Source: Escherichia phage vb_EcoM-VR5. Taken from it: a stretch of 64,000 nt of DNA. The first letter of the stretch is position 1, and each line of letters begins with the position of its first letter. Positions 46,871-56,074 of the stretch are shown one piece after another. Both the position numbers and the translations under genes were made by a program. The notes under the pieces were generated by a model. That model saw nothing but the letters and a program-made list of their open reading frames with translations. It did no database searches and was not told the origin of the DNA. Location of the stretch: the sequence record NC_028881.1. One strand, given 5' to 3'.

Positions 46871-47395
46871 TTATGCGAGAACCGTCTTTAAACGCTCTTC
46901 AAATTTCTGAAGCAGAGCTTGGCGTTCAGCTCGTTGTGATTTGTACTGCTCGATACGTCCTGAAGTGAGGGCGTACTGTTCGTTTACTGATTCCCGCATA
47001 AATTCAGGAATTTCTTTACAAGCTTTGATTTCGTCAAACTTATCAATAACCGCTTGTTCCTCGGCAATCAGATTATCGAAATAAGCGATATCTGATTTAA
47101 CGTTTGCCAGGTCAGATTCGGTAGGCATTAAACGTTTGTTACGTTCAGATTGATAAGCTTGGTTGGTTTCACGACTCCAGTGAAGAGTACGTTTTTTGTT
47201 AGTATTTTTATAGAGCTCTACAATACCTACTGAATCGATGATAGCAATCCAGTTCCAACGGCTTTTGTAAATCTCTCCTCCAGATACGGTAATCTCATTT
47301 CCACAAGCAACATCGTTAAAGAACTTGCTTTGTTTTTCAGATTTAAAATTACCGTTATTAAAATTAATCAGTGAAAAAATATCTTTAGCGTTCAT
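46871..47395 (-). CDS. hypothetical protein (174 aa)
   Basis: ORF; promoter motif and RBS GGAGG upstream. Confidence 0.6.
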   Translation of the reverse strand: MNAKDIFSLINFNNGNFKSEKQSKFFNDVACGNEITVSGGEIYKSRWNWIAIIDSVGIVELYKNTNKKRTLHWSRETNQAYQSERNKRLMPTESDLANVKSDIAYFDNLIAEEQAVIDKFDEIKACKEIPEFMRESVNEQYALTSGRIEQYKSQRAERQALLQKFEERLKTVLA

Positions 47396-47409
47396 GTTAA
47401 CCTCCAGTA

Positions 47410-47450
47410 GTTGATAGGTCTATAGTATCATTCCTACTGGAGATGTAAAC
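47410..47450 (-). promoter_or_regulatory. early promoter family member with SD/anti-SD inverted repeat
   Basis: cctccagtag / ctactggag flanking TGATACTATAGACCTATCAAC. Confidence 0.55.
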
Positions 47451-47452
47451 AA

Positions 47453-47794
47453 CTAATAGAAACTTTTTTCGCCGGCTTGTCCACTAAACCAGGCTGATTG
47501 GGTATTAGGTTTCCGTTGTTGCTCAATACGGGTACGATATTCTTTTCTTATGGCACAGAGGTCATCCTGGAAGTCGGCTGCCAACTTTACCTGCTTGCGG
47601 TCTAGATTTATTAAGGCCTGAGTCTTAGCTGCCAAGGCCAGTCTCTTGTAGTCTCCTTCTTCACAATCGGTTTTATAAACTCTACTAGCGTATCCATCGA
47701 TAAATTCTTTATCATAGTCTTTGATAGACTGTTCCATGGCATTAGAGTACTTCAACTCTGCTTTTATAAGGTCATAACTAAATTGTTCAAACAT
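47453..47794 (-). CDS. hypothetical protein (113 aa)
   Basis: ORF. Confidence 0.55.
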   Translation of the reverse strand: MFEQFSYDLIKAELKYSNAMEQSIKDYDKEFIDGYASRVYKTDCEEGDYKRLALAAKTQALINLDRKQVKLAADFQDDLCAIRKEYRTRIEQQRKPNTQSAWFSGQAGEKSFY

Positions 47795-47803
47795 AATTTA
47801 CCT

Positions 47804-48784
47804 TTATTTCAGAAGTGTAACTTCGGCAATTTCAGACCAATCATTAGAATCAGTAGCAATGAAATCAGCCAAATAGAGGGCGGTACGCAATGAAACATTA
47901 CGCAAACGTAATACATTAGCCTTCATCCATGAGAGTGCCTGGTAAGTCTGAGCGTCAGTCAGACCACGTTTCTGCATCATATCTGTAGACAGAATAACAT
48001 CTTCAACACGAACCATAATCTCTTCGTTAGAGTGAACACCGAGGTCTAAGTAAACTGAACGTGATACTAAAGCCTGAAGGTGTGGAGCAAGTTTAGTACC
48101 ACGTTCCAATTCACGGTCAATATCAACGTTAGTGATGAATACGATGGTGCCTTCAAACTCGAATTCTTTATCGATATTTTTATCATCGAGATAAGAACTT
48201 GAAGTGCTCCAACATACCTTACGTTTCTCACCGGTGTCCAATGCCGCTTTCAGAAGATTCAGAATATCCATATCAGAGAATACATCAACATCATCGATAA
48301 GAAGAACACTATTAGGGCCGCGGTTATTCCAAAGCTGCTCGTAAAGACCGATTCCACTAATCTTTCCGTTGATTGATTTATATTCGATAGTTTCATTTTC
48401 GTGGGCATTCTGTAATGCTTTATCCAATGAATATGTTTTACCAATACCTGCGGCACCAGAGATGATAAGGGAACGAATTTTACCATCGATGATTCCATTA
48501 GTCATCATGTTCATTACTTTAAAACGTTTGTTGATGCGGTGTTTCATTTCGTCCTGGGATTCAGTTACGACTGCAGGGGTTTCAACACCTTCAGTTTCGA
48601 TATCAGATTTGAACACCCATACACCACGCTCTACACCATCAATCTGAACAAAGACCTTACCATCGCCGAGGTGGGCTTCTGATTCATGAATTTTATTAGG
48701 GAACCAGGTTTTACCTGAACTCATGAACGTACCGGAGATTTCGTTACCGCGGTAGATGCCTTTGTTGATTTTGATAGTTAACAT
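47804..48784 (-). CDS. P-loop ATPase (AAA-like)
   Basis: Walker A ISGAAGIGKTY, Walker B VLLIDDVDVF; ATG start with RBS AAGGA. Confidence 0.7.
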   Translation of the reverse strand: MLTIKINKGIYRGNEISGTFMSSGKTWFPNKIHESEAHLGDGKVFVQIDGVERGVWVFKSDIETEGVETPAVVTESQDEMKHRINKRFKVMNMMTNGIIDGKIRSLIISGAAGIGKTYSLDKALQNAHENETIEYKSINGKISGIGLYEQLWNNRGPNSVLLIDDVDVFSDMDILNLLKAALDTGEKRKVCWSTSSSYLDDKNIDKEFEFEGTIVFITNVDIDRELERGTKLAPHLQALVSRSVYLDLGVHSNEEIMVRVEDVILSTDMMQKRGLTDAQTYQALSWMKANVLRLRNVSLRTALYLADFIATDSNDWSEIAEVTLLK

Positions 48785-48806
48785 TTTATTATCCTTCACT
48801 CATTTG

Positions 48807-48848
48807 TTTTGATAGGTCTATCTTAACACGATTAATCAGGTTGTAAAC
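48807..48848 (-). promoter_or_regulatory. early promoter family member
   Basis: GTTTAC, 17 nt, TAAGAT, AGACCTATCAAAAC. Confidence 0.5.
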
Positions 48849-48865
48849 ATTTTTTTGCACTAAAC

Positions 48866-48891
48866 CCAAAAAAGGAACCCGAAGGTTCCTT
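48866..48891 (-). terminator. rho-independent terminator
   Basis: aaggaacc-ttcg-ggttcctt + TTTTTT. Confidence 0.6.
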
Positions 48892-48895
48892 AATA

Positions 48896-49906
48896 TTATC
48901 GATAATAGGCGTTGTGGTTTTCTAGATAAACCTCTTCAACAAATTTGTCCCAGAACTTCATATCTACCTTATCAGGCATACCGTTCTTGGCCGCCCAGAC
49001 GGCATTGGTTTCGACTTCATCGACGATTGCTTCAAGTTCAGCTTGTACATCTTTAAAAGCGTGTAGGCCTTGTTTGATTTCAAGGATAAATGGAGCCGTA
49101 CGTAAAGGATATTGGAGATCGCCTGTTTGATAGATTTCCTTTAACTGATATCCAGCGCGATAAGCATGACTCAGCGCTTTCCAATCAATACCTTCGTTAG
49201 CTTCAGCCTTACGAGCACGTTCGCCGTATTCAGCATCCAGTTTGTTCAGAGATTGCTTAAGCTCGATTAATGACAAAGTAGTTTGGTATTTACGTCCTAA
49301 GACAGTATAGAACGTTTGTGGGCCGGTTTTCTCATGGTTATGAAATACCCATTCACAGAATTCGTTCTCTGGAAGTCGATGCTTAATATCTTCAACTTTA
49401 GTACGACGATGTTTAGTCGAACCATCTTCTTGGTAGTCAACCCACTGTTCAGGAATCTGGTTAACAATTGACAGTACACCACGTAATGCAGCTAAACGAG
49501 AACCCTTAACACCATACTTAGAAGCTTGCTTACGGACGTACCCTAAATAGGCTTTCATGTTAGTCGTATAGAACCGAGAACGGTTGTCTTGGATAAATTT
49601 CCATACATCAGGTAAATCAGATTTGACCACTAGTTCAGGCGGGGTGTGGATCATATCCAGAGCTACAGTTTCACCTTCAGCAGCCAGTTTAAAGAAATAT
49701 TTCAGGCTGTAAAGCTCATGGTCAACATCGTCTTTAGTGTTTTTAGAAGCTGTGTTATTCGTGTTCAAGTTGGTATGGTTCATTGCCGTACCTAACAGAA
49801 TGTCACGCGCTGCAGGAACAAAGATTTCCTTAAAATCGACATCAGATTCCGGAGTACTTGTTCCATAAAGATGGCTACCGAAGTAGCCCTTCATAACTGT
49901 TCTCAT
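48896..49906 (-). CDS. nucleotidyltransferase-fold protein
   Basis: GS-x10-DxD signature (GSHLYGTSTPESDVD) typical of Pol-beta-type NTases. Confidence 0.6.
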   Translation of the reverse strand: MRTVMKGYFGSHLYGTSTPESDVDFKEIFVPAARDILLGTAMNHTNLNTNNTASKNTKDDVDHELYSLKYFFKLAAEGETVALDMIHTPPELVVKSDLPDVWKFIQDNRSRFYTTNMKAYLGYVRKQASKYGVKGSRLAALRGVLSIVNQIPEQWVDYQEDGSTKHRRTKVEDIKHRLPENEFCEWVFHNHEKTGPQTFYTVLGRKYQTTLSLIELKQSLNKLDAEYGERARKAEANEGIDWKALSHAYRAGYQLKEIYQTGDLQYPLRTAPFILEIKQGLHAFKDVQAELEAIVDEVETNAVWAAKNGMPDKVDMKFWDKFVEEVYLENHNAYYR

Positions 49907-50355
49907 TTCTTCGCCTCAAAATGGATTACCGGACACATCTTAGATTTACGAGCTTTGATATATTGAATGAAAACGTTTTCTTTAGTTTCTAGGCCTTCAC
50001 GCTCAGCTTTAATTCGTTCCCATTCCTTTTCTTCTTTATGTGTATCGTACCAGGACCATAAATTCATTAGACCATACATTAAACCAAATGCTACCGCCAG
50101 AATAAGAGATAATGTAGCTAGTCCTAAAATAAACCCTAACCCTAAACCAACAGGAATACTTAATACAAAGAACTGGTCCAATACACCAGCACCTGCAACA
50201 GTTAAGGCGAAGATTGTACTACCAATAAAAACTGCACAAACAAAACAAGCCCATACAATTTTCCAGAAGTAAGCACACAAAGAGTGTGGTCGAGAATGAC
50301 GGTCATAAAAACGGTCGTGGAAACGAGCGTGCCAAGAGTTCGTATTGATAATCAT
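49903..50355 (-). CDS. membrane protein (150 aa)
   Basis: multiple hydrophobic segments. Confidence 0.6.
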   Translation of the reverse strand: MIINTNSWHARFHDRFYDRHSRPHSLCAYFWKIVWACFVCAVFIGSTIFALTVAGAGVLDQFFVLSIPVGLGLGFILGLATLSLILAVAFGLMYGLMNLWSWYDTHKEEKEWERIKAEREGLETKENVFIQYIKARKSKMCPVIHFEAKK

Positions 50356-50365
50356 AATATTTTCC

Positions 50366-50920
50366 TTAAGGGTTCATAGTTGGGATAATAGTGTTCAGGT
50401 ATTTTACCAGAACTTTTAATTCGTCTTTAGTGAATACTACTTCAGCTTCACCATCGTGGGTCTGGATGATAGATAACATATCACGACCCTCGTGTTGATG
50501 GACACTGAATTCAGTATTATAATCGCCTTCTTCATCACCTTCAAAGGTTTCGCTTGAATGTATAATAGCATCACAACCAGGAATTTTCCACTCGAGCTCA
50601 GGTACACACTCTTCTTGGAACAGTTTAAAAATTTTCTCTAAAAATTCTGAACGGTTTTTAATGGATAAACAAGCCCATTCGGTTTCCAGATTAAAGCCAC
50701 TTTCACCTCGATACAACCAAGCCATAACTTCATCGTTAATTTTAAAGACACGATTATGAGTTTGAATATACTGCTCTGCATCAATAACAGACAACTCATA
50801 CAGGTTCTGAATATCTTGAATGGTCAAAACTACTGTATCATCTTCTTGTTTAAGCACGATTGCATTATCAATTACATCGGCAGTCAGGTCACCAAACAAT
50901 TCAGCTGTTTCAATAATCAT
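50366..50920 (-). CDS. hypothetical acidic protein (184 aa)
   Basis: ORF. Confidence 0.6.
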   Translation of the reverse strand: MIIETAELFGDLTADVIDNAIVLKQEDDTVVLTIQDIQNLYELSVIDAEQYIQTHNRVFKINDEVMAWLYRGESGFNLETEWACLSIKNRSEFLEKIFKLFQEECVPELEWKIPGCDAIIHSSETFEGDEEGDYNTEFSVHQHEGRDMLSIIQTHDGEAEVVFTKDELKVLVKYLNTIIPTMNP

Positions 50921-50930
50921 TTTCTGTTCC

Positions 50931-51113
50931 TCATTTCACATTTTGTTTAATAAATTTTAATAATTCTTTAAGAGCTTTATCTTCTTCTTTGGAAAGCCTA
51001 GTACAATCATCAACCGAGTAATGGCGGCAAAATGCTGTTTCGAATCTAGCAACTGTATCTGCATAGGCCTCGATAAGCTCTTCAAGCTTTAAGTGCTTTT
51101 CTTTAGTTTTCAT
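50931..51113 (-). CDS. hypothetical protein (60 aa)
   Basis: ORF. Confidence 0.45.
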   Translation of the reverse strand: MKTKEKHLKLEELIEAYADTVARFETAFCRHYSVDDCTRLSKEEDKALKELLKFIKQNVK

Positions 51114-51116
51114 AAA

Positions 51117-51326
51117 TCACCGGTTATGTTTTAAAATACTATAAAGCTCTTCAACTTGGCTCGCATCCAGATAAATGACCTCGTCATCTTGTTCCAGGAC
51201 AATCCCACCCTTAACAATATTCCACTCTACTACTTCAACAGTCATATCATCACCGGAACCTGCTAATGTTTCAGGCTCTAAAGCAATAACGCCATTTTCA
51301 GAATTACCACTTGGATCGTATAACAT
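51117..51326 (-). CDS. hypothetical protein (69 aa; trimmed start)
   Basis: ATG with RBS GAGGAAA. Confidence 0.5.
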   Translation of the reverse strand: MLYDPSGNSENGVIALEPETLAGSGDDMTVEVVEWNIVKGGIVLEQDDEVIYLDASQVEELYSILKHNR

Positions 51327-51417
51327 TACAGTTTCCTCGCTAACCATGAAAAGAATAAACCAATTAAAACAGGCCCTACAACCATTGTTAACCAAGCCCA
51401 AGGTTCAAGATAGTAAA

Positions 51418-51675
51418 TCATCTCATGCTCCTATGCCAACAGTTACGTGGCTCACGTTTAAAAATTTCATCATGCATCGCTTGACAACCAACACAATATA
51501 TCACACCCTTTATAGCTTGGCGTCGTGCTTCAGGAATTTTTTCATCGCAGTCAAAACAATATTCAGCGGATTCACGTTCAACAGCTACTTGCTTACGAGC
51601 GTGTACTATAGCGGCCTGGACGACCGCTTCCATTTCGAGCTGTTCGGCTCCGTCCTTAGCAAATCCAACAGCCAT
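51418..51675 (-). CDS. TraR/DksA-type C4 zinc-finger protein
   Basis: CFDC-x17-CVGC. Confidence 0.6.
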   Translation of the reverse strand: MAVGFAKDGAEQLEMEAVVQAAIVHARKQVAVERESAEYCFDCDEKIPEARRQAIKGVIYCVGCQAMHDEIFKREPRNCWHRSMR

Positions 51676-51857
51676 TATGCTTTCAACTCATTAAGATACT
51701 CAACCAAGGCTGCTTTAGAGTTAGCCAAATCTCGTTTACACTGTTCTATCCCAGAATATGAATAGCCTTCGCAATGTTCTACTGCAATATCATAAGAATC
51801 GCGTTCAATAGCAGTAGCGAGTTTAATAATTTTTTCAATCTGTTCAGCGGTTAACAT
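51675..51857 (-). CDS. hypothetical protein (60 aa)
   Basis: ORF. Confidence 0.45.
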   Translation of the reverse strand: MLTAEQIEKIIKLATAIERDSYDIAVEHCEGYSYSGIEQCKRDLANSKAALVEYLNELKA

Positions 51858-51861
51858 AATA

Positions 51862-52098
51862 TCACCAGTATTTGTTGATGGTAGAAATTAATTCTTGGGC
51901 CTGAGTAGTCTTCAGCTTGCACCCACATCCATTTAATGTATCTTTAAGGAGCCATGGCTCCTTGAGCTCGTCCTTTTCTAGGCGAATTCTGTATCCTCGG
52001 TAATCAGCAAAGATACTTCGGTCATCAAATATCTTAATCTCAAGGAGACGGTTATTGATTTCGTATTCCAACGAAACCGTAGTACTTGTAAGTTTCAT
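51862..52098 (-). CDS. hypothetical protein (78 aa)
   Basis: ORF with promoter motif and RBS upstream. Confidence 0.55.
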   Translation of the reverse strand: MKLTSTTVSLEYEINNRLLEIKIFDDRSIFADYRGYRIRLEKDELKEPWLLKDTLNGCGCKLKTTQAQELISTINKYW

Positions 52099-52115
52099 AA
52101 TGTTCTCCTCATTAG

Positions 52116-52155
52116 TTGATAAGTCTATAGTATCATGTTCCTAGAGGATGTAAAC
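52116..52155 (-). promoter_or_regulatory. early promoter family member
   Basis: GTTTAC...TGATACTATAGACTTATCAAC. Confidence 0.55.
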
Positions 52156-52162
52156 ACCTAAA

Positions 52163-52191
52163 CGAAAAAAGGTCCCACCGAAGTGAGACCT
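52163..52191 (-). terminator. rho-independent terminator
   Basis: ggtctcac-ttcg-gtgggacc (one mismatch) + TTTTTT. Confidence 0.5.
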
Positions 52192-52195
52192 TTGA

Positions 52196-52582
52196 TTATT
52201 CTAACGTTAACAAATACTTAGTTTGGTAAAAGACACCAGTGATGTCGTCCAAAGTCGATTGGATGGCCTTAGGAAGATTTTTGTAGATTTTATCAGATGC
52301 TTTAATAAGTTCATCAAGAAAATCTATAGGGTCTTTAGGCAGTTCTGAAGCAGACGGCAGTGATGCTTTATATTCTTTACCACTAAATCCTAGATACTGC
52401 TCACTGAACTGGTCTAGTGGTCCTTGAACTTCCGTATAATAGAAGTCGTATGCTTTGTGTCTTGCATAGCTTTTGGTTTCCAAATGGGCTGACTTAAAAT
52501 AGGCTAAAGAAACCAACAGCCAGCCAATATAAGAATCTACTTCAGTCCCTCGACTAAGTACGAAATCATTGAATTTCATCAT
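52196..52582 (-). CDS. hypothetical protein (128 aa)
   Basis: ORF followed by terminator. Confidence 0.55.
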   Translation of the reverse strand: MMKFNDFVLSRGTEVDSYIGWLLVSLAYFKSAHLETKSYARHKAYDFYYTEVQGPLDQFSEQYLGFSGKEYKASLPSASELPKDPIDFLDELIKASDKIYKNLPKAIQSTLDDITGVFYQTKYLLTLE

Positions 52583-52859
52583 CTACCTTCATTAGTTTAG
52601 CGTATCGTTCTCCGACCGCCCGACCTTCAATCGAGCAAGACTCTATTGTATTGCAATTTGAAAGTTTCCAAGAAGCAGTTACATAAGCCCAGTAGTCTTC
52701 AGAGGCCTTTACGCTAGGTTTACTCATTTGCGCATAAACTGGCATCGCACTACTAGCAAAGGCATCCATCAATTTAGGATCAGATTTGTTTGCTAGTGAA
52801 ACTGATGGGCTTAAACATCCGATCATAAGGATACAAGCCACTGTACGGAAAATACCCAT
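52566..52859 (-). CDS. secreted protein (97 aa)
   Basis: signal peptide. Confidence 0.5.
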   Translation of the reverse strand: MGIFRTVACILMIGCLSPSVSLANKSDPKLMDAFASSAMPVYAQMSKPSVKASEDYWAYVTASWKLSNCNTIESCSIEGRAVGERYAKLMKVDDEIQ

Positions 52860-52951
52860 ACAAAAGTCCTTTGTTATTTTATACGAATTTGCCTTTCGGC
52901 CTTAACCGATAGCGTTTCCAAAAGCAAAAGCTCTATGGTTAGTAATTGTAT

Positions 52952-53230
52952 TTATAGCTTTTTAAGCTTACTACAATAAGCATAAAATACATCGTTAAAA
53001 TTTTCAGAAACCCATCCACGCTGTATAGGCGAAGTAATTGAAAGCAGATAATGTGCTTTAATTAGCTCCATCCCATTTTTATTAGGGCATTCTTTATTAT
53101 TAGCATTATACGTCGCTGCTACAACCTCTATCTCTCTTTTGTAAGCCGTATCATCCATGATAGGCAAAAGAACAATATAAGAAATAGCCACAGCTACCGC
53201 TAGAATTAAAATCTTTGAATTTAGGCCCAT
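52952..53230 (-). CDS. membrane-anchored protein in the position of T4 rI
   Basis: 92-aa ORF with N-terminal hydrophobic anchor, adjacent to tk. Confidence 0.45.
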   Translation of the reverse strand: MGLNSKILILAVAVAISYIVLLPIMDDTAYKREIEVVAATYNANNKECPNKNGMELIKAHYLLSITSPIQRGWVSENFNDVFYAYCSKLKKL

Positions 53231-53237
53231 AGTACCC

Positions 53238-53810
53238 TCAACTCGTTATTTCTATCCAATGCTTCCTGCATAATGACACGTAAGAATCGTTGCCACCTAT
53301 AGAAACTTGGTCGCCATCCTTAATTGCGATACCATTTTGGATACGAGCTGTCATAGTAGCCTTACGTCCACAATGGCACACACCTTTGTACTCAACGAGT
53401 TTATCTGCTGTAGCTAATAATTCAGCAGAGCCAGGAAACAGTTTACCCTGAAAATCAGTTCTTAGACCGTAACACATGACCGGTATATTATAATTATCTA
53501 CTATCTTTGCCAATTGTTTTATTTGCAAAGGTTCTAAGAACTGTGCTTCATCCACAAATACGCAGTGGATATCTTTTTGAGATTCAGCCCAACGATAGAA
53601 CTCGTATAGGTCCATGTCTGGAGTCACTGCATTAGCCTCTTGGCTAATCCCTATACGAGACGAAATTCTATGGCTTGATTCTCTATTATCTATCGCAGGC
53701 TTTAAAAGGAGTACACCCATACCACGTTCTTTATAGTTATGGGCAGCCGTTAGCAATGAAGAGGTCTTCCCAGAATTCATCGCCGCATAGTGAAACATCA
53801 AACTTGCCAT
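53238..53810 (-). CDS. tk: thymidine kinase
   Basis: 190-aa ORF; P-loop AAMNSGKTS; C-terminal Cys cluster. Confidence 0.88.
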   Translation of the reverse strand: MASLMFHYAAMNSGKTSSLLTAAHNYKERGMGVLLLKPAIDNRESSHRISSRIGISQEANAVTPDMDLYEFYRWAESQKDIHCVFVDEAQFLEPLQIKQLAKIVDNYNIPVMCYGLRTDFQGKLFPGSAELLATADKLVEYKGVCHCGRKATMTARIQNGIAIKDGDQVSIGGNDSYVSLCRKHWIEITS

Positions 53811-54535
53811 TTAGATACAATTCCTCTATAAGAACAATCGGGATAACCTTTACTCAAGGCTATCTTTTTAAACATATACGCCGAGGGTTTATTAGATTCT
53901 TCCCATAGTATTTTCAATTCATCATAATATTTCCAAGTCTCATTTCTAATAGGAGAAGGTTTTCCTTTCATTGCGCCCTGTTTACCAAACATAGGATTCT
54001 TTTCACCCTTTTTAGAATCGCTCATGTTTTTAATAGTAGCACATGAATGCTTAAAGCCTTTTAATTTTTTAGAAGCGAGACCTATTTTAGCCTTATGTTC
54101 ATCCGTAAATCCTATTCTATTCGAATAGTGGTTTGCGCCTTTATTAGAAGTGGTATATTTAGAAGCTTCTATTCTCGCAGCACTCCATTTAACTCCTTTT
54201 TTGGACCTGGACATTTTACATTTAGTTAGCAATGATAACTTAGTTCCTTTCTTTTTGCCGCGTCCGCCATCGGCAAAATTTAAAGAATGCTTTCCATATT
54301 TTAATTTAGCTTTTTCTACTAAAGGAACTTCAGCATCGTAAGCTTCATCTTCAGTTTCAAAGAATTTTAATATACGGGTTTTATAAGGGTGCTTTTTGCA
54401 AATATTTTTAACAACAGTGCCACTTCCAAAATACCCATCAGAAAGATTATCAGTAGAATGTTTTCCTACGTAATAATATTTTGCCTTGAGGGTTTTTATT
54501 ACAGTTAAATAATTATAATGGAATTCCTTTACCAT
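53798..54535 (-). CDS. GIY-YIG homing endonuclease (Seg-like) with NUMOD-type C-terminal domain
   Basis: YYYVGKHS...GYFGSG N-terminal motif; C-terminus similar to HNH endonuclease at 15188-15844; RBS AAGAAGG. Confidence 0.75.
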   Translation of the reverse strand: MVKEFHYNYLTVIKTLKAKYYYVGKHSTDNLSDGYFGSGTVVKNICKKHPYKTRILKFFETEDEAYDAEVPLVEKAKLKYGKHSLNFADGGRGKKKGTKLSLLTKCKMSRSKKGVKWSAARIEASKYTTSNKGANHYSNRIGFTDEHKAKIGLASKKLKGFKHSCATIKNMSDSKKGEKNPMFGKQGAMKGKPSPIRNETWKYYDELKILWEESNKPSAYMFKKIALSKGYPDCSYRGIVSKWQV

Positions 54536-54544
54536 ATTACCTTC

Positions 54545-54727
54545 TTAAAGCGTATTCACGTAAGCAATTAATTCGTTTTCTTTCTCATCAAACTGTTCGG
54601 CGATTTTTTCGTAATCTTCAGCACTCACAGGACCCCATTCATCGTATGATTGCATTCCAGAATTCTCTTCTAGAAGCTCATGGATAAGCTCAAACAATTT
54701 ATCTTTTTGTTCTTTACTTAGGCTCAT
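54545..54727 (-). CDS. hypothetical acidic protein (60 aa)
   Basis: ORF. Confidence 0.45.
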   Translation of the reverse strand: MSLSKEQKDKLFELIHELLEENSGMQSYDEWGPVSAEDYEKIAEQFDEKENELIAYVNTL

Positions 54728-55169
54728 AATCTACCACCACTAAATTAATATCAGGAGTAAACAAATTAATCAATTGATAAACCTTGTCCCAATCACCGCC
54801 AGCAATACCACAGCCAATGCGAGGAATATAAATTCTCGGTTTAAACAAAAGACCCTTTGCAGTACGGTTTAATTCTATCATACAGTTTACTAAAGCACCA
54901 TAATCAAGATTAGGACCTGGTTCATATTGGGTATAAAGATTATAGCAAATTTGCCCATTATTGCCTGTGGCTTGAGTAAATGTTCCAAGTTTTGCAGAAT
55001 CACCCAAATAAGTGGCTTCTCTATCAATGGCAAGAATAGGTGAATAAGCCTTAGCCAATTGACCTGCTACGCCCGAACCCATAGTATGAAAACAGTTACA
55101 CCCATGAGCAACGTTATTACCTTGAAGAAACAGGGCGACGATATCGCCCTTAATATAATCAATAATCAT
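54714..55169 (-). CDS. macro-domain-like protein (putative ADP-ribose binding/hydrolase)
   Basis: GDI...GCNCFHTMGSGVAGQLA resembles macrodomain NAAN/GGGV region; tentative. Confidence 0.5.
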   Translation of the reverse strand: MIIDYIKGDIVALFLQGNNVAHGCNCFHTMGSGVAGQLAKAYSPILAIDREATYLGDSAKLGTFTQATGNNGQICYNLYTQYEPGPNLDYGALVNCMIELNRTAKGLLFKPRIYIPRIGCGIAGGDWDKVYQLINLFTPDINLVVVDYEPK

Positions 55170-55522
55170 TTAGAGTTTAGTCCTCGGTTGTAAGAGTCAA
55201 CGAGTCTGTCTACCATAGACGCGCACATTTCTTTATACTTTTTATCAGATGGAACACATTCAGTAACGTTTAGACGTTGCTCGTATCTTTTAGAAAGAGT
55301 TTTCTCTTTCATTCGACGATGCTCGACGTCATTCTGCCCATCTTTAAAAGCAGCTGTTATTTTTGAACTGAATTCAATAACACATTCAGTATTACTTGGA
55401 TGACAATAATCTTTTGCTGTACGGGTAGCATACTCGACAATTGAATTATTGGTATCATCAACCTGTGACGCTAATACTCCCGGAGCAATCAACATAAGCG
55501 CTATAGTCATCTGTTTAATCAT
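55166..55522 (-). CDS. secreted Cys-containing protein (118 aa)
   Basis: signal peptide. Confidence 0.55.
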   Translation of the reverse strand: MIKQMTIALMLIAPGVLASQVDDTNNSIVEYATRTAKDYCHPSNTECVIEFSSKITAAFKDGQNDVEHRRMKEKTLSKRYEQRLNVTECVPSDKKYKEMCASMVDRLVDSYNRGLNSK

Positions 55523-56062
55523 TTAATATACCGCCTCAAACATCTTTTTAGATTTTAGGTAATTGGCCTTTTCTAGAACTTCCGAAGCATATTTACTACC
55601 TGCTTTGGCATTCCAGCCCGCATTATAAGAAGCAATCGCTTTTCTCAGGTCACCTTTGTGAACATTAATCCAATACGACAGTTCAATGTAGGCCCAAGAG
55701 GCACTGTTCTGTCGGTTTTGGACCATACGAATTATTTCTTTATCCGACATCTTCCAACCTACCTGTTTAACACGACTTCTTAACGTAGGCAAGTAATTTT
55801 GGAACATGCCATAAGCATGGTGCTTATCTTTATTTAAACCTTGATTAATCCCAGCAGATGATTCCTGCCATAATAATCCGGCCATTATATATCCTAATCC
55901 TTTTTGATTAGGGGTTTCTTTGAACTTTCCCGACTTTTGGTATTGTTCACCGAAAGCATACGCGTAATGTAAATTATCGAGTTGTTCATTACTGAAAGTA
56001 GGCTCTACGCTATAGGCAGACATACTAACTGTCAATAGTAAAGTGGCTAATACTTTTTTCAT
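55523..56062 (-). CDS. periplasmic lytic transglycosylase (SLT domain)
   Basis: signal peptide; LWQESS, GMFQ, YNAG motifs. Confidence 0.65.
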   Translation of the reverse strand: MKKVLATLLLTVSMSAYSVEPTFSNEQLDNLHYAYAFGEQYQKSGKFKETPNQKGLGYIMAGLLWQESSAGINQGLNKDKHHAYGMFQNYLPTLRSRVKQVGWKMSDKEIIRMVQNRQNSASWAYIELSYWINVHKGDLRKAIASYNAGWNAKAGSKYASEVLEKANYLKSKKMFEAVY

Positions 56063-56074
56063 GAGACCTCATTA

